Part shown: piece after piece, positions 1-7,834 of the stretch
Numbering within the stretch: position 1 is the first letter of the stretch
How the letters are laid out: every line of letters starts with the position of its first letter
Assembly: GCA_021803215.1 (NCBI GenBank)
Contig: JAJZLV010000074.1
Location: 1 to 55,212, forward strand
Direction of reading: 5' to 3'
Length of the DNA stretch: 55,212 bases
Source of the DNA: Actinomycetes bacterium
GTDB taxonomy: Bacteria > Actinomycetota > Acidimicrobiia > Acidimicrobiales > Bog-793
Notes under the pieces: model-generated
What the model was told of the DNA's origin: nothing
What the model saw: the letters and a program-made list of their open reading frames with translations, nothing else
Databases searched by the model: none
Translations under genes and position numbers: made by a program

Positions 1-858
1 GCCGCCCGAGCTGCCGCTGCCCGAGCTGCCGCCGCCCGCACCACCGCCGCCCGAAGCACCGCCGCCCGAAGCACCGCCGCCCGAAGCACCGCCGCTTCCC
101 GACCCGCTTTTGGGGTCGGTGGTCTCAACCGCTTGCACTGCTCCAGCCGCTGCCTGCGCGGCTGCCTCGTCGGCCGCCTGCTTCCTAGCCTTGGCTCGGG
201 CGGCGGCCGCCCGCTCCTGGCGGGCCACTGCCAGGGAGTACTGGACCATCTCCACGGCGAGCCGCCCCTTCACCTGATGCAGGATGGAGGTCACCTGGGC
301 GGTGAGCCGCCTTGCCACCTCAGCGGCTCGAGCGGAGCTGTGCAGCGTTGCCTCCGCTGCCTGCTCCTGGCGTCGTCTCCTCAGCTGCTCGTGCTCGAGC
401 CGCGCCGTCGCAGCCCGCAGCGCTGTCACAGACGAGTCCAGGTTCTCGGCGACAGAGTTCCCGTAGACCGCGATCGACTGGCCATCCGAGAGGCTCGAGC
501 TCAAGAGAGCTGCCAGGTTGGCACCTTGGCCGTCTCCGGTGACGTACGCCGCCACGGCGGCTGCTCGGAGGCGGAGCCGTGCCAGGTCGATCTCGTGGTG
601 GCTGCTTTTGAGGGCCGAGGCGATCCGTCGCAGCGACGCCCTCGCCTTGGCGAGGTTGATCTGGGCATCGTCGTAAGTGGCCGCTGCTATCTGGACTTTC
701 GTCTGGTCATTGGCCAGCTCGCTTGCGAGCGCAGCAGCTCGCGCCTTCGTGGAGGCCATCTGATGACGCGTCGGGGTGGCTCCGGCCGTGGCGGGCAGGA
801 CCGCCCAGGTGATGGCAACCACCGTCCCCGCCAGGGCGAGCTTGCGCTTTAGGCACAT
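1..858 (-). CDS. secreted coiled-coil protein with Gly/Ser-rich linker, N-terminal part only (3' end runs off the window); architecture resembles N-termini of actinobacterial cell-wall hydrolases
   Basis: Hand translation of the minus strand from ATG at 858 (GGGGAGA immediately upstream) is stop-free down to position 1. It reads MCLKRKLALAGTVVAITWAVLPATAGA (signal-peptide-like), then an Ala/Gln/Arg/Leu-rich coiled-coil-like stretch (..ASELANDQTKVQIAAATYDDAQINLAKARASLRR..LEHEQLRRRRQEQ..), then TDPKSGSGSGGASGGGASGGGASGGGGAGGGSSGSGSSGG. It is absent from the supplied track because it has no stop in the window. The 133..852 + ORF is its antisense shadow. Confidence 0.6.
   Translation of the reverse strand, partial: MCLKRKLALAGTVVAITWAVLPATAGATPTRHQMASTKARAAALASELANDQTKVQIAAATYDDAQINLAKARASLRRIASALKSSHHEIDLARLRLRAAAVAAYVTGDGQGANLAALLSSSLSDGQSIAVYGNSVAENLDSSVTALRAATARLEHEQLRRRRQEQAAEATLHSSARAAEVARRLTAQVTSILHQVKGRLAVEMVQYSLAVARQERAAAARAKARKQAADEAAAQAAAGAVQAVETTDPKSGSGSGGASGGGASGGGASGGGGAGGGSSGSGSSGG
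42..101 (-). repeat. 15-nt tandem repeat (caccgccgcccgaag x3 plus a diverged 4th unit) encoding the (GGGAS)n linker of the CDS above
   Basis: Identical units read directly at 42-56, 57-71 and 72-86, with a diverged unit at 87-101. Confidence 0.85.
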
Positions 859-949
859 TCTCCCCATTTGCATCATACGTAACATTGCCCACAGGAGTGC
901 GGATTGTCAACACCCCGCGTGCCGATAGGCCGAGGTCAGACCACTTAGA

Positions 950-2581
950 GTGATGTGCGATGGACGCAGGCGGCAACCTCGCCGGGAGATCCTCATGGAG
1001 CTGATCGAGACAGAGGTGGAGCAGGGCCGGCTGCTTGGAATCAGGCCAGCCCCCGACCTCGCCGCTTTTCTCGGTGTTCCATACGCCGCGCCGCCTGTCG
1101 GGCCTAGGCGCTTCCTGCCCGCTCTGCCCCCGGCTGGCTGGACGGGCGTCCGCCCTGCGACCGCTTACGCGCCGAGCTCGGTCCAGCCTCCGCCCGACCC
1201 GGCGAGTGCTGTTCCCGGCGACCCGATGGAACAGTCGGAGGACTGCCTTTACCTCAATGTCTGGACCCCGGGGACCGACGAGAGCAAGAGACCGGTCATG
1301 GTGTGGATCCACGGCGGCGGCTATGTCGGTGGCAGTCCCAGCTCCGCTCTCTACTCAGGCCAGTCGCTCAGCCGCGAGGGGGTGGTTGTCGTCACGGTTG
1401 GCTACCGGCTCGGGGTTCTTGGATGGCTCGGCCACCCCGCCTTGGCGGCCGGCGACGGCGAGCTCTGCTCCAACTGGGGACTGAGCGACCAGCTGGCTGC
1501 CCTTTCGTGGATCCGCCGCAACGCCGCTGCCTTTGGCGGAGACCCGGAAAACGTCACGGTCTTTGGGGAGTCGGCCGGCGCAATCTCTATCGCCGCCCTC
1601 TTGGCGGGCGACCGGCCGCGGGAGTCTTTCGACCGGGCGATCATGCAGAGCGGCGCGCCGATGGCGCTTTCGCTCGAGGCAGCCTCTCGAGTCGCCGAGG
1701 AGTTGGCAGCCGTGCTCGGGCTCACCCGTCTCGAGCGCCGGCTGCTCGAGAACGTTCCGACCTCAGAGATACTTCGAGCGCAGTCTGCGATCCGGCAGCG
1801 CTTGAGTGGCGATGTGCTGGCCTTCCAGCCGGTGGTGGACGGGCTCCTGCTCCCGGGTGAGCCGGCCGGCCGGATCGCAAGCGGCAGCGCGGCCGGGGTC
1901 GACCTCCTCATCGGGACCAATCGCGACGAGTGGCGCTTCTGGCTCTTGACAGACCCTGCGCTTCGCGCTCTCGACTGGGCGGGGGCGATCTCCAAGGTGG
2001 AAGGAAGCATCCGACGCGCTGGGCTCGGAGAGCGCCTCGGTGCGGCAGAGTTGGTGGAGTCCTACAAGAACTGGCGGCTCGAGCGAGGCGAGCCCGCCGA
2101 GCCGGCTGACGTCTACTGCGCCATCGCCAGCGACTGGACCTTCCGCCTCCCCTCCATGAGACTGGCCGAGGCCCAAGCGGAGTCGGGCGGCCGCGTCTCT
2201 GCCTATCTCTTCGACTGGGAGTCGCCGCTTTTCGAGGGCCGAGTCGGCGCCTGCCACGCCATCGAGCTCCCCTTTGTCTTCGGCACGCTCGACCACCCGT
2301 TCATCACGTTGTTCTCTGGAGGCGGCGAGCTGGCCGATCGGCTGAGCGGCGCGATGCGCAGCGCCTGGGCCTCTTTCGCCACCTCCGGCGACGCGAGCAG
2401 CGAGCTCGTGGGCCCGTGGCCCGCCTACGGGCGCCGAGACCGGCTGACCAAGCGGCTCGGTCGTGAGATCGAGACGATCTCGGCACCGTTCGAGCCAGAG
2501 CGCCGGCTCCTCGATGAGGCGTTTCCCGTCTATGGTGATCCGACTGCCGTCGGATCGTCGTGTGCCGTCGAGGGGACGTAG
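950..2581 (+). CDS. carboxylesterase/lipase family protein (type B, para-nitrobenzyl-esterase-like)
   Basis: Hallmark motifs are present: LGVPYAAPPVGPRRF, EDCLYLNVWTP, VMVWIHGGGY and the nucleophile elbow FGESAGA. The biological start is probably the ATG at 995 (MELIETEVEQG..). The TAG stop (2579-2581) lies inside the tRNA below. Confidence 0.9.
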   Translation: MMCDGRRRQPRREILMELIETEVEQGRLLGIRPAPDLAAFLGVPYAAPPVGPRRFLPALPPAGWTGVRPATAYAPSSVQPPPDPASAVPGDPMEQSEDCLYLNVWTPGTDESKRPVMVWIHGGGYVGGSPSSALYSGQSLSREGVVVVTVGYRLGVLGWLGHPALAAGDGELCSNWGLSDQLAALSWIRRNAAAFGGDPENVTVFGESAGAISIAALLAGDRPRESFDRAIMQSGAPMALSLEAASRVAEELAAVLGLTRLERRLLENVPTSEILRAQSAIRQRLSGDVLAFQPVVDGLLLPGEPAGRIASGSAAGVDLLIGTNRDEWRFWLLTDPALRALDWAGAISKVEGSIRRAGLGERLGAAELVESYKNWRLERGEPAEPADVYCAIASDWTFRLPSMRLAEAQAESGGRVSAYLFDWESPLFEGRVGACHAIELPFVFGTLDHPFITLFSGGGELADRLSGAMRSAWASFATSGDASSELVGPWPAYGRRDRLTKRLGREIETISAPFEPERRLLDEAFPVYGDPTAVGSSCAVEGT

Positions 2582-2644
2582 CCCAACGGCAGAGGCAGGG
2601 CGCTTAAAACGCCTCCAGTGAGGGTTCGAGTCCCTCCGTCCCCA
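2572..2644 (+). tRNA. tRNA, class I (short variable arm), anticodon TAA by manual fold; isotype unresolved (Phe-like body, Leu-type anticodon)
   Basis: Hand-folded 73-nt cloverleaf. Acceptor is GGGGACG/CGTCCCC (7 bp), followed by T8. The D arm is GCC(C)..(A)GGC with GG in the loop. The anticodon stem is GGGCG/CGCCT with loop C-T-TAA-A-A. The variable region is 5 nt (CCAGT). The T arm is GAGGG-TTCGAGT-CCCTC and the discriminator is A. CCA is not fully encoded (ACCg). Confidence 0.7.
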
Positions 2645-3543
2645 CCGTAGGTGTCACGGCGCGAGACAGCCCATCGGTGGCGGTTTCGCGCCGTTCGCCG
2701 GTCATCTCGGGGAGCAGGCGGTCCTTCACGAAGAAGGTGGGGTGGATGGTGTCGCGTCCGTCGACGACGAGTCGGTGGACGAAGGCTTGGGCGACGGCCT
2801 TGCGCCGCGCGTCGGACCCGTGCAGCAGCTCGTCTTCGAGGTCGGTTCGGAGCGAGTCGAGGCGGCTTTGGTCGGCGGGTCCATGGCGGCGATCCCTTCG
2901 ATCTGGATCACTTTCTCGTGGCGGGCGCGGCGGGCGCGGGCGTTGTCGCTGAGGTCGCGGACCCAGGGCCCGAAGAGGTCGTCGGTGATCGAACCGGCTT
3001 CGAAGGCCATCATGTAGCGCTCGATGGCGGCTTCGGTTTTTTTCAGCTCGGTCTCAGTGGCGAGGATCTCGTCGCGCTGCGAACGCACCGAGGTGGCTCG
3101 CTCCTGGGTCTTGGCGGCGACGGCCCGTTCGATCAGCTCGGGGTCTTTGTAGACGTTGAGGAGCGCGTCGAAGACCGCTTCTTCGAGGACGTCAGCGCGG
3201 AGGCGCTCGCCGACACAGGCGGCCTTGCCGTAGCGCTGGCGGGAGAAGCACGTGTAGTAGCGGTAGCGGTGGCCTTTGCCCGCCGCGGCGACGCCGACGT
3301 GGCTGTGGTGGCAGTGCCCGCAGACGACGAGCCCGGAGAGCATTTGGGAGGGGTGCGCCTGAGCGATGCGCCGGCCGCGGCGTTCGCCTCGTTCGGCGAG
3401 CGGTGCCTGGGCCTTGTCGAAGAGCACTGAGTCGACGAGAGACTCGTTGGGCTGGTGACAGAGGTCGCGGAAGGGCACCTCGCCCGGTAGCTGCGGTTGC
3501 GCAGGATGTCGAGGATCACCTTGGCCGGCAACATCAGCCCCAT
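2604..3543 (-). pseudogene. large serine recombinase remnant (recombinase/Zn-ribbon/coiled-coil part only, multiple frameshifts, no catalytic resolvase domain)
   Basis: ORF 2726..3478 carries LSGLVVCGHCHHSH..RYRYYTCFSRQRYGKAAC, a Zn-ribbon typical of large serine recombinases, followed by a coiled-coil. The preceding piece ..AKVILDILRNRSYR.. is in another frame (ORF 3133..3543). The C-terminal continuation DQSRLDSLRTDLEDELLHGSDARRKAVAQAFVHRLVVDGRDTIHPTFFVKD.. is in a third frame and reads through the antisense of the tRNA 3' half to a TAA at 2604-2606. No N-terminal resolvase domain lies before the next gene. Confidence 0.65.
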
Positions 3544-3622
3544 CCGCTACGAGCTAGCCTTGGCCACCAGCTACCAAGGCGCATAACAGTGTGTCCACCA
3601 TTTCTCGGCAACCTCAGATCTA

Positions 3623-4210
3623 TCAGGCCTGCATCATCACGGCCTCGCCAGTCTCCTGGATGTCGTCAAGGTGGTGCCGACCTTCGTGCGCGGCCTGTCG
3701 GACCAGCCACCGTGCAGTGCGCTGCTCATCGGGAAGCCGGGTGACCACTCGGTCCCAATGTTCCGGTCCAGTGAGGTCGATCTCCTCGCAGAATCCGGCT
3801 GCGGTCGCTTCAAGTTCGCCCAGGACGGCGTTCACGTTGCTTTCGTTGTATCGAAAGCGGCGGGCACGTAGGTCGTTGAACATCGGCTCGAGCGCCGGCC
3901 GGTCCTCAGTTCGCGCCCTGTGCAGCCGGATGGTGTACGTGGAGTAGACGTCGCGAACGTGACAGAGGTACTCAGCAACGGACCAAGTTCCTATGGCGGG
4001 GCGCTCTCGCCACACCTCGCTCGGTATGCTCAGGACTGCATCGCGAACCTCGGTTGGGATCGAATGGATGATCCCGATTGCGCTCTCGATGGAAAGCTCT
4101 TGGTAGGACAGCCTGCAGTCCTGACAGATGTGATCCTCCCCGGCCAACGGCGGCAAGGCATCAGGTTTGTCCCCGTCTACTGCGCCTCGATCAGACACAA
4201 CCACGATCAT
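3623..4210 (-). CDS. DinB-family (DinB_2/YfiT-like) metal-dependent protein
   Basis: The protein contains ..WSVAEYLCHVRDVY.. and a C-terminal AAHEGRHHLDDI His-rich motif typical of the DinB superfamily. Third-codon positions are visibly less GC-biased than in neighbouring genes (ata, gga act, tcc gtt gct, cat tcg). Confidence 0.65.
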   Translation of the reverse strand: MIVVVSDRGAVDGDKPDALPPLAGEDHICQDCRLSYQELSIESAIGIIHSIPTEVRDAVLSIPSEVWRERPAIGTWSVAEYLCHVRDVYSTYTIRLHRARTEDRPALEPMFNDLRARRFRYNESNVNAVLGELEATAAGFCEEIDLTGPEHWDRVVTRLPDEQRTARWLVRQAAHEGRHHLDDIQETGEAVMMQA

Positions 4211-4852
4211 TCACGATCAACCTCCGGTCTCGCCGGTCCCGCAAGCCGAACGGCATGTGGGACGTGTACGGGCAGCCCACTTCCGACCCACTGTTCGTGC
4301 CCGAGGCGAGGAGTCCTGCCCGCGGTTCGGGCGAGCGGCGGACCCAACCGTCTCGGCGGACGTGGCGGTCCCGGTCTTGGCGGGGCCGCGGTTCGCATAG
4401 CGACAACTCAACACCACCCGACCTTTGCTCAACGTCAGCGCTGGTCGGGACCACCACTGCGCCCCGGCCAGAGTCGACGGGAATCGAACCGGGTGGCCAT
4501 GCCGAGTTGAGATCGCGATCGAGCTGGCTCTCCTGCCGAGAAGAGAGTCACATGCGAGACCCGGAGAGCCTCCCAGGATGCGATCGAGAGCTCGCGTGCG
4601 TCCACTGCGGGCACCAGGCGCATGGCGGCGCGGTGGCGAGCCAGGAGATGCAACGGCGCGCGCCGGCTCGCCGCGGGTGAAGGGCCTCGTCATTGCCGGG
4701 GGAGAGCAGCGGCAGGCCCAAGCCGAGTCCTGGTCGCAAGGCCAAAGGCGCATCCGTGAACCAGCCGCAGGACCATGGTCCAGCTGTACCGGGCCTGCCT
4801 CGGCGATCATGTCACGCAGCGGGAATCCCCGGCGGTCATGCCGGGGAGGATC

Positions 4853-6517
4853 TCAGCTCGCCCGGGTGGCAAGCCAGGAGTCGACGCTGGCGTGGAGGAC
4901 CGGCATGGGAAGAGAGCCCTGGTCGAGGATGGCGGCATGAAACTCTGGAAGGCTGAACTCTGCTCCGAGGTGATGCTCGGCCTTCGCTCGCAACTTCAAT
5001 ATCTCGATCTTGCCCGTCAGGTAGGCGAGCGCCTGCCCGGGGTTGCAGATGTACCGGTCGATCTCGTTCTCGAGGAACTCAACTGGAAGAGGGACGTGGG
5101 TCAGGTAGAACTGGATCGCCCTCTCCCTGCTCCAGCCGAATGCATGCATACCGGTGTCGAGCACGAGGCGGGCAGCTCGCATCAAAGAGGTGGTGATCGA
5201 GCCGAGAAGGCTCTCTGTCCCGCTGTAGAGGCCGATCTCCTCTGCCAGCTGCTCTGAGTAAAGGCCCCAGCCCTCCGAGAAGACAGTCACGCTCCGCTGC
5301 CGTTGAAGTGCCGGGAGGTGATCGAGGAGCTGGAGGCGGGAGAGCTGCAGGTGATGTCCTGGCACCGCCTCGTGGAAGGCGACCCCCTCGAGGTCCCAGC
5401 CGGTGCCGGCCGTAGGCCGAGAGGTGTTGAACCAGAAGGTGCCCGGCCGCCCGCCGTCGAGGCGGGGCGGGGTGTAGTGGGGCGCCATGCCGGCCTCGGC
5501 GACGACAGGTGGCATCGGGGTCACCTGGCAGGGTGGCGGAAGCGGAGGCGGGAAGATCTCCTGAGCGCGGGACTCGGCTCTCGAGACGGCTCGCCGGGCG
5601 GCTGCAATCGCCTCTTCCGGGCGGGCTCTGCCGGCCGAGCTCCTGAGCGTCTGATGGGCGGCGCCCAGGTCGGCGAGCCCGATCTCGACGCCGAGCCTCA
5701 CCGCCCGCTCCTCGAGGGTCGCGATGTGCGAGAGGCCGGTCTCGTGGATCTCCTCGGCGGTGAGGGGAAGTGTCGTATGGGTCCTGAGCGCCCGGGCGTA
5801 GTCCTCCGCGCCGCCGGGAAGGTGGACGAGGCCGGCCTTCTCTGCCGGCCTCGCCTCGCCCCGGAGGGCCCTTATCGTCTCGAGCCACTCTGCGAGCGCC
5901 GGCTTAACGGCCTGGCGGGCGAGGCCTTCCCTCTCTTTCTTCCAGCCATCGGCACCGCTCCAGTCCTTCGGAGGCTCTGGGGCGAGCAGGGGGGCCGGCG
6001 CGTCCTCCGAGAGCAGGCTCTCGGCCCAGGCGATCGCCTGCTCGACGAGTGGCTCCACGGGGTAGCGGCCCTTCTTGGCGCCTGCGTTGAGCTGGCCGGC
6101 GAGCTGGCGGATCCAGGTGGAACTGGCCTCGAGGCGAGTGAGGTAGTTGGTGGCCGCCTCCTCGTCGACCAACACCGATCGGGCGGCGATGGCGAGGAAG
6201 TTGGCCGGGCCGCTGAAGGGCATGGCCGTCACGGTGTGCTCGTAGGGCGCCGATTCGACGGCCGCTATCTCGGCTTCTGCGTGGGCGATGGTGCACCCGA
6301 GCGTGACCGCATCGGCCGGCGAGAGGGTCTCGGCGTCGATCTCCCGCGCTCTTTTGAGGATCTCCTCTGCCCCAGCCCGCAAGGCCTCGTGCCCGGCGTC
6401 GCTGTCGTCAGGCATCAGATGGTCATAGCCAGGGATCCCGTAGCTCGTTGCGGCGAGCGGGTGGCTCGAGAGCCAGTGCTCGTGGAACCGGTCGGCTAGC
6501 TCGCGGGGCGTGGTCAT
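4853..6517 (-). CDS. DUF885 family protein (metallopeptidase-like)
   Basis: Motifs include AFHEAVPGHHLQ, FSEGWGLYSEQLAEE, DTGMHAFGWSRERAIQF and IDRYICNPGQALAYLTGK. The start is trimmed to ATG 6517 (MTTPRELADRF..). The longer ORF reaching 6805 adds a Ser/Arg/Pro-rich non-protein-like extension. Confidence 0.85.
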   Translation of the reverse strand: MTTPRELADRFHEHWLSSHPLAATSYGIPGYDHLMPDDSDAGHEALRAGAEEILKRAREIDAETLSPADAVTLGCTIAHAEAEIAAVESAPYEHTVTAMPFSGPANFLAIAARSVLVDEEAATNYLTRLEASSTWIRQLAGQLNAGAKKGRYPVEPLVEQAIAWAESLLSEDAPAPLLAPEPPKDWSGADGWKKEREGLARQAVKPALAEWLETIRALRGEARPAEKAGLVHLPGGAEDYARALRTHTTLPLTAEEIHETGLSHIATLEERAVRLGVEIGLADLGAAHQTLRSSAGRARPEEAIAAARRAVSRAESRAQEIFPPPLPPPCQVTPMPPVVAEAGMAPHYTPPRLDGGRPGTFWFNTSRPTAGTGWDLEGVAFHEAVPGHHLQLSRLQLLDHLPALQRQRSVTVFSEGWGLYSEQLAEEIGLYSGTESLLGSITTSLMRAARLVLDTGMHAFGWSRERAIQFYLTHVPLPVEFLENEIDRYICNPGQALAYLTGKIEILKLRAKAEHHLGAEFSLPEFHAAILDQGSLPMPVLHASVDSWLATRAS

Positions 6518-6876
6518 GACAGCAGTCTGCCCAACGCCAAGGAGCCCGACCAACCAAGCGCCCTCAAGGCCCGGCTCGCGGCAGTCTTCGGGCACCGCAG
6601 GTCTCGGGTGAGTCGCCCGCTCAGCCCGGCCGGGCCGGGAGCCGAGCTTCTCTCGCCGACGACCTCGGCCGTCTCGCCCGACCGGCGCCAGGGGCACGAT
6701 CGTCGCCCTCACCGAGGAGGGGGCGCCCGCCCACGTCGCCTGGGTGCGGCAGCTGACGGGCGAGCTGGAGCTGAAGACGGTCGGCGACATCTCGGAAAGG
6801 GCCATCGAGAGCCTGGCGGGCGAGTGTCAGCAGGCCGCCCGGGAGACCGTGCCTGGGAGTCTGTCGGCGAGCTCCC

Positions 6877-7788
6877 TCAGGGCGACGAGGTCATGCCGGC
6901 GGCCCGCTGACGGCCGCTCTCCCCCGCGGTGCCGCTCCCGGCGCCGAGCTCCGGGCCCGCACCCTCTTCGTCTCCCTCGGGAAGAGGCGCCGCCCAAGGA
7001 TCGATCGGCATCGCGTCAGCCGTCTGGAGGCGGAGCCGGTCTCGCCGGAGCAGGAAGGTCCCGAAGAGGATACCGGCTCCGACGAAGACGAGGGAGATGA
7101 CCTCGACTCCGACGCCGCCGGCGCCGTGGGGCAAGAAGACGTACTCGTCGGTGAAACGGGAGAGGCCGTAGAGCGAGGCCGCCGCGGTGGCGACGAACCC
7201 GATCGGGCCGCCGCGGCGGCGCACGTACTTCTCGACTTGGATGACGACAAGCCAGATCAGGAAGCACTCGGCTGCCTGCAGGAGGGGCACCGGCACCCTC
7301 TTTCCCACCTGGTCGGCGTAGTACATGCCATACCAGGCATTGGTGCGCCGGCCACCGCCTGCCACCATCAGCTGAGGGCCGAGCAGGCGCCCGATCGACC
7401 AGGCGAGGACGAGGACGACCGAGACGAGGTCGGTGGCGACAGAGAGCCGGAGCTTCGGGCACCAGCGGTGGGCCAGCACCAGCCCGACGGGGATGCCGAG
7501 CGCCATGCCCCCGAAGCTCGAGAGCCCCCCGTGCCAGACGGCCAGGATCTCGGCCGGGCTGTGGGCGTAGTAGCTCCAGTGGGCGATGACATGCACCGCC
7601 CGGGCGCCGATGACCGCCGCCACGATGATCCAGATGAAGGCCCGGCCGAGCCAGGCGTCGGAGTAGCCGTGATTGCGGAGCCTTCTCGCGAAGTAGCGGT
7701 AGGCGAACCAGAAGGTGATCGCCAGTCCGATCCCGTAGGTGTGGATCTGGAGAGGCCCGAGGTGGAAGACGACCGGGATTGGCTTCAC
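6877..7788 (-). CDS. lgt: prolipoprotein diacylglyceryl transferase
   Basis: Lgt signatures are present (IHTYGIGLAITF, AVWHGGLSSFGG) in a polytopic membrane protein with a low-complexity acidic/Gly C-terminal tail. Confidence 0.9.
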   Translation of the reverse strand: MKPIPVVFHLGPLQIHTYGIGLAITFWFAYRYFARRLRNHGYSDAWLGRAFIWIIVAAVIGARAVHVIAHWSYYAHSPAEILAVWHGGLSSFGGMALGIPVGLVLAHRWCPKLRLSVATDLVSVVLVLAWSIGRLLGPQLMVAGGGRRTNAWYGMYYADQVGKRVPVPLLQAAECFLIWLVVIQVEKYVRRRGGPIGFVATAAASLYGLSRFTDEYVFLPHGAGGVGVEVISLVFVGAGILFGTFLLRRDRLRLQTADAMPIDPWAAPLPEGDEEGAGPELGAGSGTAGESGRQRAAGMTSSP

Positions 7789-7834
7789 TGTTGCAAGTAT
7801 CGCGGACCGGTGGGCCTCTCCGACCCGCAGGGGC

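Noticed and set aside
133-852. 239-aa plus-strand ORF from the track
   Set aside because: Its composition is Arg/Gly/Leu/Cys-rich and not protein-like. The opposite strand gives a stop-free frame with a signal peptide, coiled-coil and Gly/Ser linker starting at ATG 858. The plus ORF is therefore treated as an antisense shadow.
2651-3430. 259-aa plus ORF overlapping the recombinase remnant
   Set aside because: It is an Arg/Gly-rich antisense frame. The minus strand carries the recognisable serine-recombinase Zn-ribbon and coiled-coil sequence.
4465-4500. Possible minus-strand tRNA or tmRNA gene (GGTTCGATTCC T-loop)
   Set aside because: The T-stem does not pair (CCCGG versus CCCGT). No D-arm or anticodon arm can be folded upstream. 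The 5' acceptor complement is missing, and no tmRNA 5' end or tag reading frame is present. It is kept only as a possible att or tRNA-fragment remnant.
4217-4940. ORFs 4217..4810 (-), 4425..4940 (+) and 4078..4680 (+) as genes filling the DinB-DUF885 spacer
   Set aside because: They have no motifs, their Arg/Pro/Ser/Gly-rich composition is not protein-like, and they overlap one another in several frames. The region is treated as non-coding or decayed.
6744-7100. 118-aa plus ORF whose first ~45 aa look protein-like (..RQLTGELELKTVGDISERAIESLAGECQQAARE..)
   Set aside because: No start codon lies upstream of the GTG. The ORF runs 220 nt antisense into lgt with a junk Arg-rich tail. It is at best a fragment of a decayed gene in the DUF885-lgt spacer, and the support is not enough to annotate it.
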